The notes beneath the pieces were generated by a model. That model saw nothing but the letters and a program-made list of their open reading frames with translations. It searched no databases and was not told where the DNA came from. 64,000 bases of DNA, from the IMG/VR virus record IMGVR_UViG_3300030108_003689, positions 1 through 64,000 of that record; one strand, 5' to 3'. A program made the translations under genes and the position numbers. This DNA comes from a virus. Shown here piece after piece: positions 53,731 through 62,861 of this stretch. Within the stretch, counting starts at the first letter, position 1, and each line of letters begins with the position of its first letter.

Positions 53731-56122
53731 TAATTGCCTCCAATAACTGTTCGATAGCCGGACCCTGCTCTTCGGGCGGCATCGCTTCTATTTGATCTAA
53801 TACTTGCGTCATCTCAGGCGTATCGCCAACAATCTGCCTCAGCGTAGCAATAGCTTGCTCTGGAGGCATTTGAGCTACCTCAGCCAGGATGGCCTCTGGC
53901 GATGGCTGCCCAGCCGGTGGAACTCCGGGGGGTGATTCAGGTGGCGCTTCAGGTGGAGCCTCTTGTCCTTCCTCAGGTGGCGCTTCCGGTGGCGCTCCAG
54001 GTGAGGGAGGCGCATCAGCCTTAGCGTCCGGCTCATCTTGTCTCTTAAGCTCAGAGTCGAGTTCTTCGGGGTGGAGATCCTTGGGCAGGTCGAAACGCTC
54101 TGCAAGAACCTTCATATAGTTCTTAGCAAACACACCAACGGGTCCGCCCTGGTTCGCGGTTTGCCACAGAGCACTGTAAGGCTCAAGCAAAGCAACAAGG
54201 TTCTGTTGCATCGCTGCATCGCTTAATGGAGTTCGACCACCCTCTACGAAGCTAATCAGGAAGTTCGCATCCAAGTCTTCAACGGAAACAACAATCTGCT
54301 CATTGCGCTCACGCAAGATGATTGTTTCTTGGCGAATCTTGTGGCCATCGTCAGACTCGAAAATACCAAGCTGTGGAACCACATCATCATCAACAAAAGG
54401 CTCTTGCATTGATGCTGTGTTTTGAACCAGGGCAAGCTCTGCCTGCTCCTGCTCTCGAGTTTCTTCGGCTTTATCAATATCTGCTGTTCTGCCAGCCAAC
54501 GTAGACCCGAGAAGATTCAACTCCTCTTCGGTCATGTCATCAAGCTCACGCTTGTCTGTGATCTTAGAGGCCAGATCCTTGAAGTCTTCATCATTGACAT
54601 CAACGCCAATCATTTCAGCAAGGCCCTTGATCTTGGCCTTGTCGAATACTTCAGGCACCTTTTCCTTAGTGTCATCAGATTGATCTTCTTGAGCAGTGGC
54701 TCCAACTTCTGCTACGTCAACCTTTTGGGCCTCAAACGCCCCTGCACTGTCTCCGTCGTCTTGCATGCAAGAGATCAGACATCTAAGCATCAACTCAGTC
54801 AGAGACGCCAACCACTGGTCCTTAATCGCAGCATGAAGACCGAACTCGGATTCAGTGTACTGCTGTACAGTCTCTACTTCGTACGCCGTCGCTTTGGTGA
54901 CGATACCTCGGGCTGCTGGGCTCGTCCCAATGACACGCTCCAGGTCAACCTCAACATTGGCCAAGTAGTTTTGAATGTTAGCTGAAATCGGCGCGTTTTG
55001 AATCGGAATAATAGCATCGTTAAGTGGTCGCTCATATCCAGAGTCAACTTCAAGAATGAGGCCGTCATGACCCTCAGTAAGTAGAGTCATCTCCTCAGCA
55101 TTGAACGTTCCTTTACGAGTCACATACTGACGAGTGTCCTTCCTTGTGGCCATCGCCATGTAGGATCGATACGCATTCAGTTCCTTAAATTGAGGCATCA
55201 AACGCTTGACGTGAGGGATGCCACGAAGTGGGAACTCAGGCTCGTAGTTGAAGATCAATGGGACAATGTGGGCCAAAGGCTCGCCATCATGACGAACAAA
55301 AGGAAGAGGACCCACATAAACAGGCTTTTTGGAAGTCTCTCCCTGACCAAGGACATAAATTTCGAGGCGACCTTCATACCGAATGTTCTCATTCTCGGGG
55401 TCCTGATAATGATCAACTAAGTTGCAAAACTCTAAGACACGAACAAAGTTGTCGTCATCATCATAGCCGCCGCTCTTTTGTCGGTTTTGGTAGGTATCCG
55501 ACTCAGTGTCTCCGCCCGACAAAAAGTCAACTCTTCGAGTACCACTCAAATCACTGAGCCCATACTCCTCTTCAACCTCGTGCTTCGGCCTGTAATACAG
55601 GTGACCACGATATCGCTCGTCGTCTACGTCCGAAACTTCCGTATCGAGAAGCATTTCCCAAATAGGAATGACTCTCAACCAAACACGGTCCATCGGGTTT
55701 CCACGGCCATGCCTGTATCCAACCTTCATTCCTGAGCCGGGGTACAGCAGAGCTTGACGTAAGCCCGTCATCACGCGCTCGTGAATCTTGCGACTCGAAA
55801 GCATTCTGTTGACAGCAAGTTCTGATTTCTCTGAATCACCCTTACCGGATGGGTCTGGCGTCAAAATCACCCGGCTTGCTCTTGGGTACAAGGCCGAGAG
55901 GTACGAAGTGATGACGCCCCACAGGCGGTTTACCTCTACCTCTACCTCTTTGAGTCGGCGACTACGCTTGGATGTATCGTCACCATTCATGTACTCCCAA
56001 TACCGAGTCATGTATGTATGCTTGTAAAGCGACCAATCTTTACGATTCTTACGAGCATGACGGTCGTGAGAGCGAACGAATTGATGTACGAGCTTTGGCG
56101 TTATTTGATCTTTTTTGCTCAC
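53717..56122 (-). CDS. portal protein with acidic/helical insertion and Pro-rich C-terminus
   Basis: 801 aa immediately after TerL; RGIP..KRLMPQ.KELN, RG....ATAYEV motifs. Confidence 0.8.
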   Translation of the reverse strand: MSKKDQITPKLVHQFVRSHDRHARKNRKDWSLYKHTYMTRYWEYMNGDDTSKRSRRLKEVEVEVNRLWGVITSYLSALYPRASRVILTPDPSGKGDSEKSELAVNRMLSSRKIHERVMTGLRQALLYPGSGMKVGYRHGRGNPMDRVWLRVIPIWEMLLDTEVSDVDDERYRGHLYYRPKHEVEEEYGLSDLSGTRRVDFLSGGDTESDTYQNRQKSGGYDDDDNFVRVLEFCNLVDHYQDPENENIRYEGRLEIYVLGQGETSKKPVYVGPLPFVRHDGEPLAHIVPLIFNYEPEFPLRGIPHVKRLMPQFKELNAYRSYMAMATRKDTRQYVTRKGTFNAEEMTLLTEGHDGLILEVDSGYERPLNDAIIPIQNAPISANIQNYLANVEVDLERVIGTSPAARGIVTKATAYEVETVQQYTESEFGLHAAIKDQWLASLTELMLRCLISCMQDDGDSAGAFEAQKVDVAEVGATAQEDQSDDTKEKVPEVFDKAKIKGLAEMIGVDVNDEDFKDLASKITDKRELDDMTEEELNLLGSTLAGRTADIDKAEETREQEQAELALVQNTASMQEPFVDDDVVPQLGIFESDDGHKIRQETIILRERNEQIVVSVEDLDANFLISFVEGGRTPLSDAAMQQNLVALLEPYSALWQTANQGGPVGVFAKNYMKVLAERFDLPKDLHPEELDSELKRQDEPDAKADAPPSPGAPPEAPPEEGQEAPPEAPPESPPGVPPAGQPSPEAILAEVAQMPPEQAIATLRQIVGDTPEMTQVLDQIEAMPPEEQGPAIEQLLEAISANV

Positions 56123-57687
56123 GAGACTTTCGCTCCGCTCATTACATTAAAAGGATTGCTGCGAGCATAATATCTCTTATTACGTCGCCGGGGTATATCT
56201 TGAGACTGAGGCATGTTCCTACGGTTCCACTCTGCAAGCATTAACGCATCAGCATGATCGTCGTGGTAGCCATCTTGACCTTCAATTTTTCCTGATTGCT
56301 CACGAATGTGCATCAACTCTTGAACGGTCGATAAATCATTCAAAAGCAGAGAGTCACCATTGACTATTTGTCTAAGGTGAGCGTAGCCCTGCTCTTTGCT
56401 TCCACGAGTTGTAGTCCAATACTTGACGACCTTGCTCGCAGCTTGACCCGGCTGTGGAGGCTTGTGCCACAAAGGGAGTCCAGCTTTTTGGAACTCTCGA
56501 ATAACAACAGGCCCAGCACCACCAGTGTTGGCCTCAATCAATGTCCTGGCCTTGTTGTAGTGCATCGCAAGCTCAACAGCCTTCTGTGCAAACAGGATCT
56601 CTCCACCCTGATTCATAGACAGCGTGGCAACTTGACGGCCATCCGCGCTCAAAACCTGGGCAACGGCATAATCTCCGCCATTACACCACGATGGATCAAC
56701 ACCGACTGAGTAGTTCATGCCTGGGTATGGGCGCTCATACACCCTGAGTTCACCTTCCACAGGACTCAGAGAAGACAACACAGAGTTCAAATAGTCTGTG
56801 TCGAACCAACTCCCATCATGGATAGCGAAGCCATCCTCGATCGTCAGTGGGTACTCACGCCTGAATCGACGAATGCCAATACCATTGACACCATGAATAC
56901 GATCGTGTCGCCAATACAACTGCTGCATCGAGAGGTTGTGCTGTTGAGCTAACTCCCACTCCTCTTGATCTGGCTCCCAACCATCTGGGACTTCAGCTTG
57001 GTATGCCAAGTGGTCCGACCATTTGAAGAAACGAAACCTGACTGAGGTATCTCCACGCTGTTTGGCCTCGATAGCACTCAAAACTTTGGAGTGGAATAGA
57101 TTGCCGGGTCCGTCAGCAGTAGAAATAATAATGATCTTCTTGTGTGGTCCCTCGTGCAGCGTCGATGTAACAGAGGCCCACACATCCTCTGCATTCGGCC
57201 AGAACGCCAACTCATCTGCATGCAGGCGCTGATATGTCCAACCACGAGCATCACTCTTACCGCCTGCCGTCATGCAGCGGAAACCGGCCATGCTGTCTTT
57301 GAAAATCAACTCACGCTTGTTTGAGCGCTCAATAGGCTTCTTGAGCATCTGAGGCAGAGATCGGTAGTAGTGACGTACACGACCGAAGATGGCGTCAGTA
57401 GAGTCGTAAGAGTCAGCAACGACCAAACAACGAGCGGGGTCCGTTGCCCAATACAAATAGTTAAAGTTGTACGCCGTCGCTACGGTAGTATCGCCGATCT
57501 GACGAGGCTTATAGTGGATGACTGTCTCTGCTTCTGACTGAAAGTCTTGGAGAGCCATGACTTGCTCTGCGAACGGTGTGTTGAAGTACCGCTCCTGACC
57601 TTTCTCATCTACGATCTTTAATCTGCCTATGAACTCACCAGGGTTGGAGCACAGTTGGGCAAGACGCTTTTTGTCATTGGCATCCAC
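56119..57687 (-). CDS. terL: terminase large subunit
   Basis: KPRQIGDTT, LHADELAFW, ISTADG, FRREYP, GVDPS, IEAN, HDDHADAL. Confidence 0.92.
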   Translation of the reverse strand: MDANDKKRLAQLCSNPGEFIGRLKIVDEKGQERYFNTPFAEQVMALQDFQSEAETVIHYKPRQIGDTTVATAYNFNYLYWATDPARCLVVADSYDSTDAIFGRVRHYYRSLPQMLKKPIERSNKRELIFKDSMAGFRCMTAGGKSDARGWTYQRLHADELAFWPNAEDVWASVTSTLHEGPHKKIIIISTADGPGNLFHSKVLSAIEAKQRGDTSVRFRFFKWSDHLAYQAEVPDGWEPDQEEWELAQQHNLSMQQLYWRHDRIHGVNGIGIRRFRREYPLTIEDGFAIHDGSWFDTDYLNSVLSSLSPVEGELRVYERPYPGMNYSVGVDPSWCNGGDYAVAQVLSADGRQVATLSMNQGGEILFAQKAVELAMHYNKARTLIEANTGGAGPVVIREFQKAGLPLWHKPPQPGQAASKVVKYWTTTRGSKEQGYAHLRQIVNGDSLLLNDLSTVQELMHIREQSGKIEGQDGYHDDHADALMLAEWNRRNMPQSQDIPRRRNKRYYARSNPFNVMSGAKVS

Positions 57688-58253
57688 TACGCCTCACCCG
57701 GCTTGGATGTCCACCCATCTCCGCCACCCATGGAGAAATAGTTTCTAAGCTCCAACAATGACTCGCTCTCCGCCTGATCCTTTTTGGCTGCAGCAGAATC
57801 GAAACGAGTCTTAGCATACTGACGATAAGCCCACTCTTCACCATCGCCCATGGCATCACGAACACCAGTCCAGTACTGCATGTCCATCATGCGAAACTCT
57901 TCCTCAGATAGTTCGCTGGTCTCAGGAAACTCATCGTAAAACCAAGCTTTGAATCGATCATCTTCAGTACACCATCGATTCCAAGTGCGCTCGTTAATGG
58001 GCACGCCTGCGTATTCTTTCTTCTTCGTTGCCTTGTACCACTCACCACGGAAAAACTTTTTGTAGCGAGCCATTTTGTAGGCCAACTCTCGAAACTTTTC
58101 TTGCTGATGAGTGGGCCTAAACTCATTATCATCAGCCTTTAGCCAAGCGTTAACGTGGGGATTATCTATGTGAGCAGATCGATCTGAAATATCGATAACG
58201 CTCTCGCTCTCGCTCACATCGATTGAATCGTCGTTGTCGTCAGACATATTCAC
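57687..58253 (-). CDS. probable terminase small subunit
   Basis: Directly upstream of TerL; HTH-like AGVPINERTWNRW. Confidence 0.5.
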   Translation of the reverse strand: MNMSDDNDDSIDVSESESVIDISDRSAHIDNPHVNAWLKADDNEFRPTHQQEKFRELAYKMARYKKFFRGEWYKATKKKEYAGVPINERTWNRWCTEDDRFKAWFYDEFPETSELSEEEFRMMDMQYWTGVRDAMGDGEEWAYRQYAKTRFDSAAAKKDQAESESLLELRNYFSMGGGDGWTSKPGEA

Positions 58254-58291
58254 CCCTTTCAGTTCATTATCACATACACGGGATATCTAAA

Positions 58292-58462
58292 ATGAACAAT
58301 AAAGCACAAGAAGACCACCGTAAGTTTAACGAGATTCTTCAAAAACTTAAAGAAGAAGGTAAAATAAGCGATGCTCCTCCCCCAACTGACAAGGTTGAAA
58401 GGAGGAAGTACATCGAAAAGTTAACCACACTCTTTAAGAAAGAGGCCTACGGGTCAGACTAA
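58292..58462 (+). CDS. small basic protein, opposite orientation to its neighbours
   Basis: Fills the gap exactly; convergent overlap with the ssb stop. Confidence 0.5.
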   Translation: MNNKAQEDHRKFNEILQKLKEEGKISDAPPPTDKVERRKYIEKLTTLFKKEAYGSD

Positions 58463-58854
58463 AACGGGATGTGCTCGTCATTAGAGCTATGAGCAACATT
58501 CTGCGCTTGAACAATTGGGCTGTTATCAGCGCGGCTGCCAAGGAACCGCACATTGTCAGCGACGATTTCCGTTGAGAAGCGCTCGGCACCGTTCTTGTCT
58601 GTGTACTTACGAGTCTGGATCTTGCCTTCCACATAGATCTCTTTGCCCTTAGAGCAAAACTTTGCCACATTTTCTGCGGTTCGGCCCCATACGGTGACGT
58701 TGTGCCACTCTGTATGGTCTACCCAAGAGTCACCCTCTTTGCGCCGGTCAGTCGTTGCCATGCGAATGTTAACGACGGATGTCCCAGTGCCGGTTGTTCT
58801 AAGCTCTGGATCAACTCCGAGACGCCCTACGAGGATTGCTTTATTCACACTCAT
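58459..58854 (-). CDS. ssb: single-stranded DNA-binding protein
   Basis: NKAILVGRLGVDPELR, TEWHNV, KGKEIYVEGKIQTR, C-terminal IPF. Confidence 0.97.
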   Translation of the reverse strand: MSVNKAILVGRLGVDPELRTTGTGTSVVNIRMATTDRRKEGDSWVDHTEWHNVTVWGRTAENVAKFCSKGKEIYVEGKIQTRKYTDKNGAERFSTEIVADNVRFLGSRADNSPIVQAQNVAHSSNDEHIPF

Positions 58855-59207
58855 TACTTCTTCCTTTTCTTGTATTTGTTGTATCCAATCGCAAGCGCCT
58901 GCTTTTTCTGATCAGGACTCATTCTTGGCTTCTTTTTGTATTCCATACGCATGTGTTTGGCCAGAAACTTGTCCTCTGCTGGATTGCCCGTTTCAGTCTC
59001 TGTTCTTTTAGGTCCTGTCTTTCTTTTGGTAAAGCTCGCTTTCTCTTCCTTGGACATTTCACCAGAAGTCTTGGGAGTCTTTTTAGACACCCGCCTGCTT
59101 GGCCGACATGCGGGGTAGCCCTTGCGCTTCTCACCCTTTTGTCGACCACACGGCTTGCCAGTCTTTATATCGACCCACTCCTCGTCAAACCATCGCGTAA
59201 GAGACAT
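58854..59207 (-). CDS. basic protein, DUF5872-like (C-terminal part)
   Basis: LTRWFDEEWVD...PCGR...YPACRPSRRVSKKTPKT. Confidence 0.55.
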   Translation of the reverse strand: MSLTRWFDEEWVDIKTGKPCGRQKGEKRKGYPACRPSRRVSKKTPKTSGEMSKEEKASFTKRKTGPKRTETETGNPAEDKFLAKHMRMEYKKKPRMSPDQKKQALAIGYNKYKKRKK

Positions 59208-59209
59208 GA

Positions 59210-59458
59210 CTAGCCCTTCCGGTATCCACCGCCACGCTTCTTGTACTCGCGGACGAGCCATGCGTTTGCATAAGCGCTGGGGTACACATCAAACTTACGC
59301 TTGGCCTCTGCTTTGACTCTTGCGTAGAGCTTCGGATTCGTCGGGATGTTTCCCTTCTTCTTGCTCTTTTTCTTTTTCTTGCCAGGGCCACCCGTTTCCG
59401 AGGGACCCTTCATACGCATATTACGCATCAGCATTTCGTCTTCTGAATATCCAGGCAT
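59210..59458 (-). CDS. basic protein, DUF5872-like (N-terminal part)
   Basis: PTNPKLYARVKAEAK.KF..YPSAYANAWLVREYKKRGGGY. Confidence 0.6.
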   Translation of the reverse strand: MPGYSEDEMLMRNMRMKGPSETGGPGKKKKKSKKKGNIPTNPKLYARVKAEAKRKFDVYPSAYANAWLVREYKKRGGGYRKG

Positions 59459-59462
59459 AATA

Positions 59463-59939
59463 TCACTTGAACTTAACTGTTGCTTTCAATCCACCGCCCA
59501 AACCTTCACCCATTCGAACTGGTTCAAGAGTGGTTGTTTTGCTAACTGGTATTTTAGTTGAAAACTTTTTTGTGATTGGTTTCGGTGGAGGGCGAACAGT
59601 AGTTGATTGCTGACCTGCCCTAAGCGCGCCCTGCTGAACCCGCTTAGGCTCCTGAAGTGCCGTAAGGTCCTCCTGCCGACGTTTCTCGTACAAAGCATCA
59701 AATCGTTTCTGAAAATCGTCTTGCTGACGTGCCGTAAGGTCCTCCTGCCGACGTTTCTCGTACAAAGCATCAAATCGTTTCTGAAAATCGTCAGGAGGCT
59801 GTCGTTCCTGCATCACACGAGTGTCTACAGCACTGGTGTCTGCTGCACGTTTAATGGGTTGATTCCCGCTCATCGATTTCATCAAGAGTTGATCAAGAGA
59901 CGGTCCTGACGGGGTCGGCTTTTTCGGTCCGTTACTCAT
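59463..59939 (-). CDS. hypothetical protein with an internal tandem duplication
   Basis: DDFQKRFDALYEKRRQEDLTA occurs twice. Confidence 0.6.
   Translation of the reverse strand: MSNGPKKPTPSGPSLDQLLMKSMSGNQPIKRAADTSAVDTRVMQERQPPDDFQKRFDALYEKRRQEDLTARQQDDFQKRFDALYEKRRQEDLTALQEPKRVQQGALRAGQQSTTVRPPPKPITKKFSTKIPVSKTTTLEPVRMGEGLGGGLKATVKFK
59657..59792. repeat. exact 64-bp direct repeat, period 72 bp
   Basis: 59657-59720 is identical to 59729-59792. Confidence 0.95.
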
Positions 59940-60370
59940 AGCAAAAATCTCCTGGCGTTGGGCATCATGGGTCCTTCCATTTGGGCGGTAGATCCTTTAG
60001 AATTTTTAGATTTTACGATGACTGTGTAGTCTTCACTTGGATATGGGCCACTGATTGTGGCGATCATTCCAGAAGGCAGCATCTTCCCAAATTTATCTGA
60101 ATCAGGAACGCTATCTTTGACCATCTGCTCAAGCTCACGAACTAGCTGTTCGGACAAAAATCCTTCTGTAGCCAACTCAATGATGCAATCGGGATGGCTA
60201 GCAAGCGCATGCTTTACGTCCTGATTGATGTCGAGAGGGCCAAGAGGACCCTGATCACGCTTGAACATTGTCATAGCACGAAGGCCATCAAGCATATCAA
60301 GCTCACCCATCGGGCCGTGCTGTTGCTCAAGAAGATCATCTCTAGCCATCGCGTGGTCATAAAAAAACAT
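59936..60370 (-). CDS. Met-rich hypothetical protein
   Basis: GGAGG SD; TGATG coupling at 60370. Confidence 0.65.
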   Translation of the reverse strand: MFFYDHAMARDDLLEQQHGPMGELDMLDGLRAMTMFKRDQGPLGPLDINQDVKHALASHPDCIIELATEGFLSEQLVRELEQMVKDSVPDSDKFGKMLPSGMIATISGPYPSEDYTVIVKSKNSKGSTAQMEGPMMPNARRFLL

Positions 60371-60783
60371 CACACCCTCCCTGCCCAAACCATGCACGTT
60401 CGCATGGATGCACATTTGAAATCTAAAGCCTGACAATACCCCAACTCTCCAGCCTCCACAGCCATCTCGGGGTCTCCCTCATCACCAATGCCCTTTTCAA
60501 TACACTCCAGCATCTGAGGAGAACGATCAAAGAAGGAGCAATTGCCACAGCGCATCTGCATCACATTCTCAATCGAGTCGTTGAACTGATCGGCAAAACG
60601 AGCCCAAAACTCTTCATTACCACCGCTCGCGTCAAGCTGAGGATTGGCAGGGCCGTACATCTTTGTATCTAAAGCATTCTGGCGGTTCTCAAGATTCATC
60701 TGAAGGTCCTGAGTCGCACGAGGACAAGAATCCGGTTGCCCGGTTTCCCTCATGTTCCGCATCAACATCTTGTTGAACATCAT
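60370..60783 (-). CDS. Cys-cluster protein (HiPIP-like Cys spacing)
   Basis: CGNCSFF...GYC....FKCASMRTCMVW. Confidence 0.6.
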   Translation of the reverse strand: MMFNKMLMRNMRETGQPDSCPRATQDLQMNLENRQNALDTKMYGPANPQLDASGGNEEFWARFADQFNDSIENVMQMRCGNCSFFDRSPQMLECIEKGIGDEGDPEMAVEAGELGYCQALDFKCASMRTCMVWAGRV

Positions 60784-61079
60784 CCCTTCACCTTCGATCC
60801 AGCACGCCACTGGTAGCAAGACCAATACTTCGCCGTCAGCTTGTTCTTGGCACCAGCCTTGTCGCATCCATGGCGAGACCTAAAGTTCTTTCGAGCCTTA
60901 GGGTTGTCGCGTCGAATGGCCATCTTGGCATCGCCAAAGCGAATGACCTTCTTCTTGCCGCCAGAGCTAGCCACAACAACAAACTTCTTTTTACCGTACC
61001 CAGGCTCACCCTTTTTGATGCGACGAGGCTTGTTCGTCTTCATACCTGCTTTGAGTAGAGCGTCTGCTGACTGTGCCAT
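60780..61079 (-). CDS. small basic protein, DUF5754-like
   Basis: KKFVV...IRFGD..M......RKNFRSRH.C...TAKYWSC..W. Confidence 0.6.
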   Translation of the reverse strand: MAQSADALLKAGMKTNKPRRIKKGEPGYGKKKFVVVASSGGKKKVIRFGDAKMAIRRDNPKARKNFRSRHGCDKAGAKNKLTAKYWSCYQWRAGSKVKG

Positions 61080-61081
61080 GG

Positions 61082-61456
61082 CTACTTCATCTTCTTCGCA
61101 ATCTTGCCTACACGCTCTGACTGACGAGCATGCATATTAGATGCCTTTGTAAGCTGACTAGAAATCTCATTTAGATCTTCCTTGGGGCCACCAGTCTCAC
61201 TGTAGCTCATACCGGGACCACCACGCTCACTGAGCCTCGGTAGATTAGCAAGCCCACGGTCCTCTAAGAAGTCTTGCATCGCAGCATTGTGCTTGGCGCG
61301 AGTCACACGATTAACGGGCTCAGCAGGATTACCCTCCTCACGAGCATACCTACGAACGCGCTCCTTAGGCGGCAGATTGCCCACCTTGGGGTTCCGTTTC
61401 GCTATATCTGTAAGCTGAACAGCCTTTCCGTAGTACCCTTTTAATTTCTCATCCAT
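61082..61456 (-). CDS. basic hypothetical protein
   Basis: GGAGAG SD before the ATG at 61456. Confidence 0.6.
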   Translation of the reverse strand: MDEKLKGYYGKAVQLTDIAKRNPKVGNLPPKERVRRYAREEGNPAEPVNRVTRAKHNAAMQDFLEDRGLANLPRLSERGGPGMSYSETGGPKEDLNEISSQLTKASNMHARQSERVGKIAKKMK

Positions 61457-61457
61457 C

Positions 61458-62852
61458 TTACTCTCCGTAGGCCTTCTTTTCATTCATAGTGTCCATGGGC
61501 TGATCTCCCATAGCAGGCTCAATCTCTCGACCCATACCACCTTGGCCTGCCATCATAGTCCTATCCTCAACGATAGGCATCGAAGGCTTGAAGGAGATTC
61601 CCTCACGAAGCATGCGGCTTTCTTCATCCAACAAAGCACCACGAGTGTTCATCAGGGCCTCATACTTGCCCAAAGAGCGAGCCATACCAGAGGGCACTGA
61701 ACCTGTTTGCTCAAAAATGCGAACCGCAGCATCTCGATTTTCCTGGTACAGCCCAGGAAGGTCAGCAAGCTCATCAGCACTGCTGAAGTTCATTGGATCT
61801 TGGCGGTCTGTCGTCTCAGCAAAGGCGTTGCCGTAGTCCGTTGTTTTCCTGACTTCGTTCATCATGCGAACGCTCAGGTTGGGATCAATCGGCTTGGCTG
61901 CCATCTCATCGACCATGTCTTGGTAGCCCATGCCGCGAGCACCGGCAAAAACGTCCTCTTGACCGCTACCGTGTTTTTCCCTGACAAGCGCACCAATGGC
62001 GGCAGTGCCACCAACACCAAACGCAAGTGGATTCAACTGCGGAGGAGTCCTCATCGAATCTACTTGCTTTGTAATTTTAGATTGAATGTCCTTCATGTCG
62101 GGACGAAACTCTGGGAATCGACCGCCCGATCCATACCTGTTGGCGTATGCTTGATATTCGACCCCCTTTCGGAGGGCAGGAAGATATGCATCTTGTTCTG
62201 CCTTCGACATCTTGGACACCTCTTCTAAGCTTCGACGCGCTGAAGAAGGAGGCGTACCTGCACGTTTTGGAAAATTCAAAGGGTTGTCGTACATGACCGT
62301 AGGCGTCAAATCCTCAACATCATCGGCACGCTTCATGCCCTTGCGAGCCTCCTTGGCGGCCTTCGACATAATCGCGCCAGAACCAACACCAGCGGTCAAC
62401 AGTCCACCACCAGCAGCCAACATGGCGTCACCATACGTGCCCTCTGGGTCAATCAACTCGCCAGCAGCATAACCAACGTCGCCAAGACCAAGATCATACG
62501 GCGTCACAGATGCAGCCATGCTCGCTGGCTTCACAACGCCCGCAATATTGCTGCGAATGTCTCTAGCTAAACCAGCACGAGCAGCAGCGTCACGCTCCAC
62601 CTGACGCGAATCAAAGCCACTCAAACGATCGTCAATCGCTCGCTTGTAGCGTTGTTGTTGCTCAGGACTACCTGGAGGAACCCGAAAGCCCTTGTACTCC
62701 TCACGAGGAGGACTTACGATCGGATCAAAACCTTCCAAAGATGGGTCAGTGACAATCTCCATGATCTCACGCGGAGAAAGATCTGGATATCGAGCACGGT
62801 ACTTCTCAGCTAATGCCTGCGCCTGCTCAGGACTCATTCTACGTCGTGCCAC
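61458..62852 (-). CDS. Met/Gly-rich hypothetical protein (possible head-internal protein)
   Basis: 464 aa; GTG start with AGGAG SD. Confidence 0.7.
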   Translation of the reverse strand: MARRRMSPEQAQALAEKYRARYPDLSPREIMEIVTDPSLEGFDPIVSPPREEYKGFRVPPGSPEQQQRYKRAIDDRLSGFDSRQVERDAAARAGLARDIRSNIAGVVKPASMAASVTPYDLGLGDVGYAAGELIDPEGTYGDAMLAAGGGLLTAGVGSGAIMSKAAKEARKGMKRADDVEDLTPTVMYDNPLNFPKRAGTPPSSARRSLEEVSKMSKAEQDAYLPALRKGVEYQAYANRYGSGGRFPEFRPDMKDIQSKITKQVDSMRTPPQLNPLAFGVGGTAAIGALVREKHGSGQEDVFAGARGMGYQDMVDEMAAKPIDPNLSVRMMNEVRKTTDYGNAFAETTDRQDPMNFSSADELADLPGLYQENRDAAVRIFEQTGSVPSGMARSLGKYEALMNTRGALLDEESRMLREGISFKPSMPIVEDRTMMAGQGGMGREIEPAMGDQPMDTMNEKKAYGE

Positions 62853-62861
62853 AATAGTCTC

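Noticed and set aside
59657-59792. Direct repeat as a mini-CRISPR or att site
   Set aside because: Two 64-bp copies with an 8-bp spacer, in frame within a CDS
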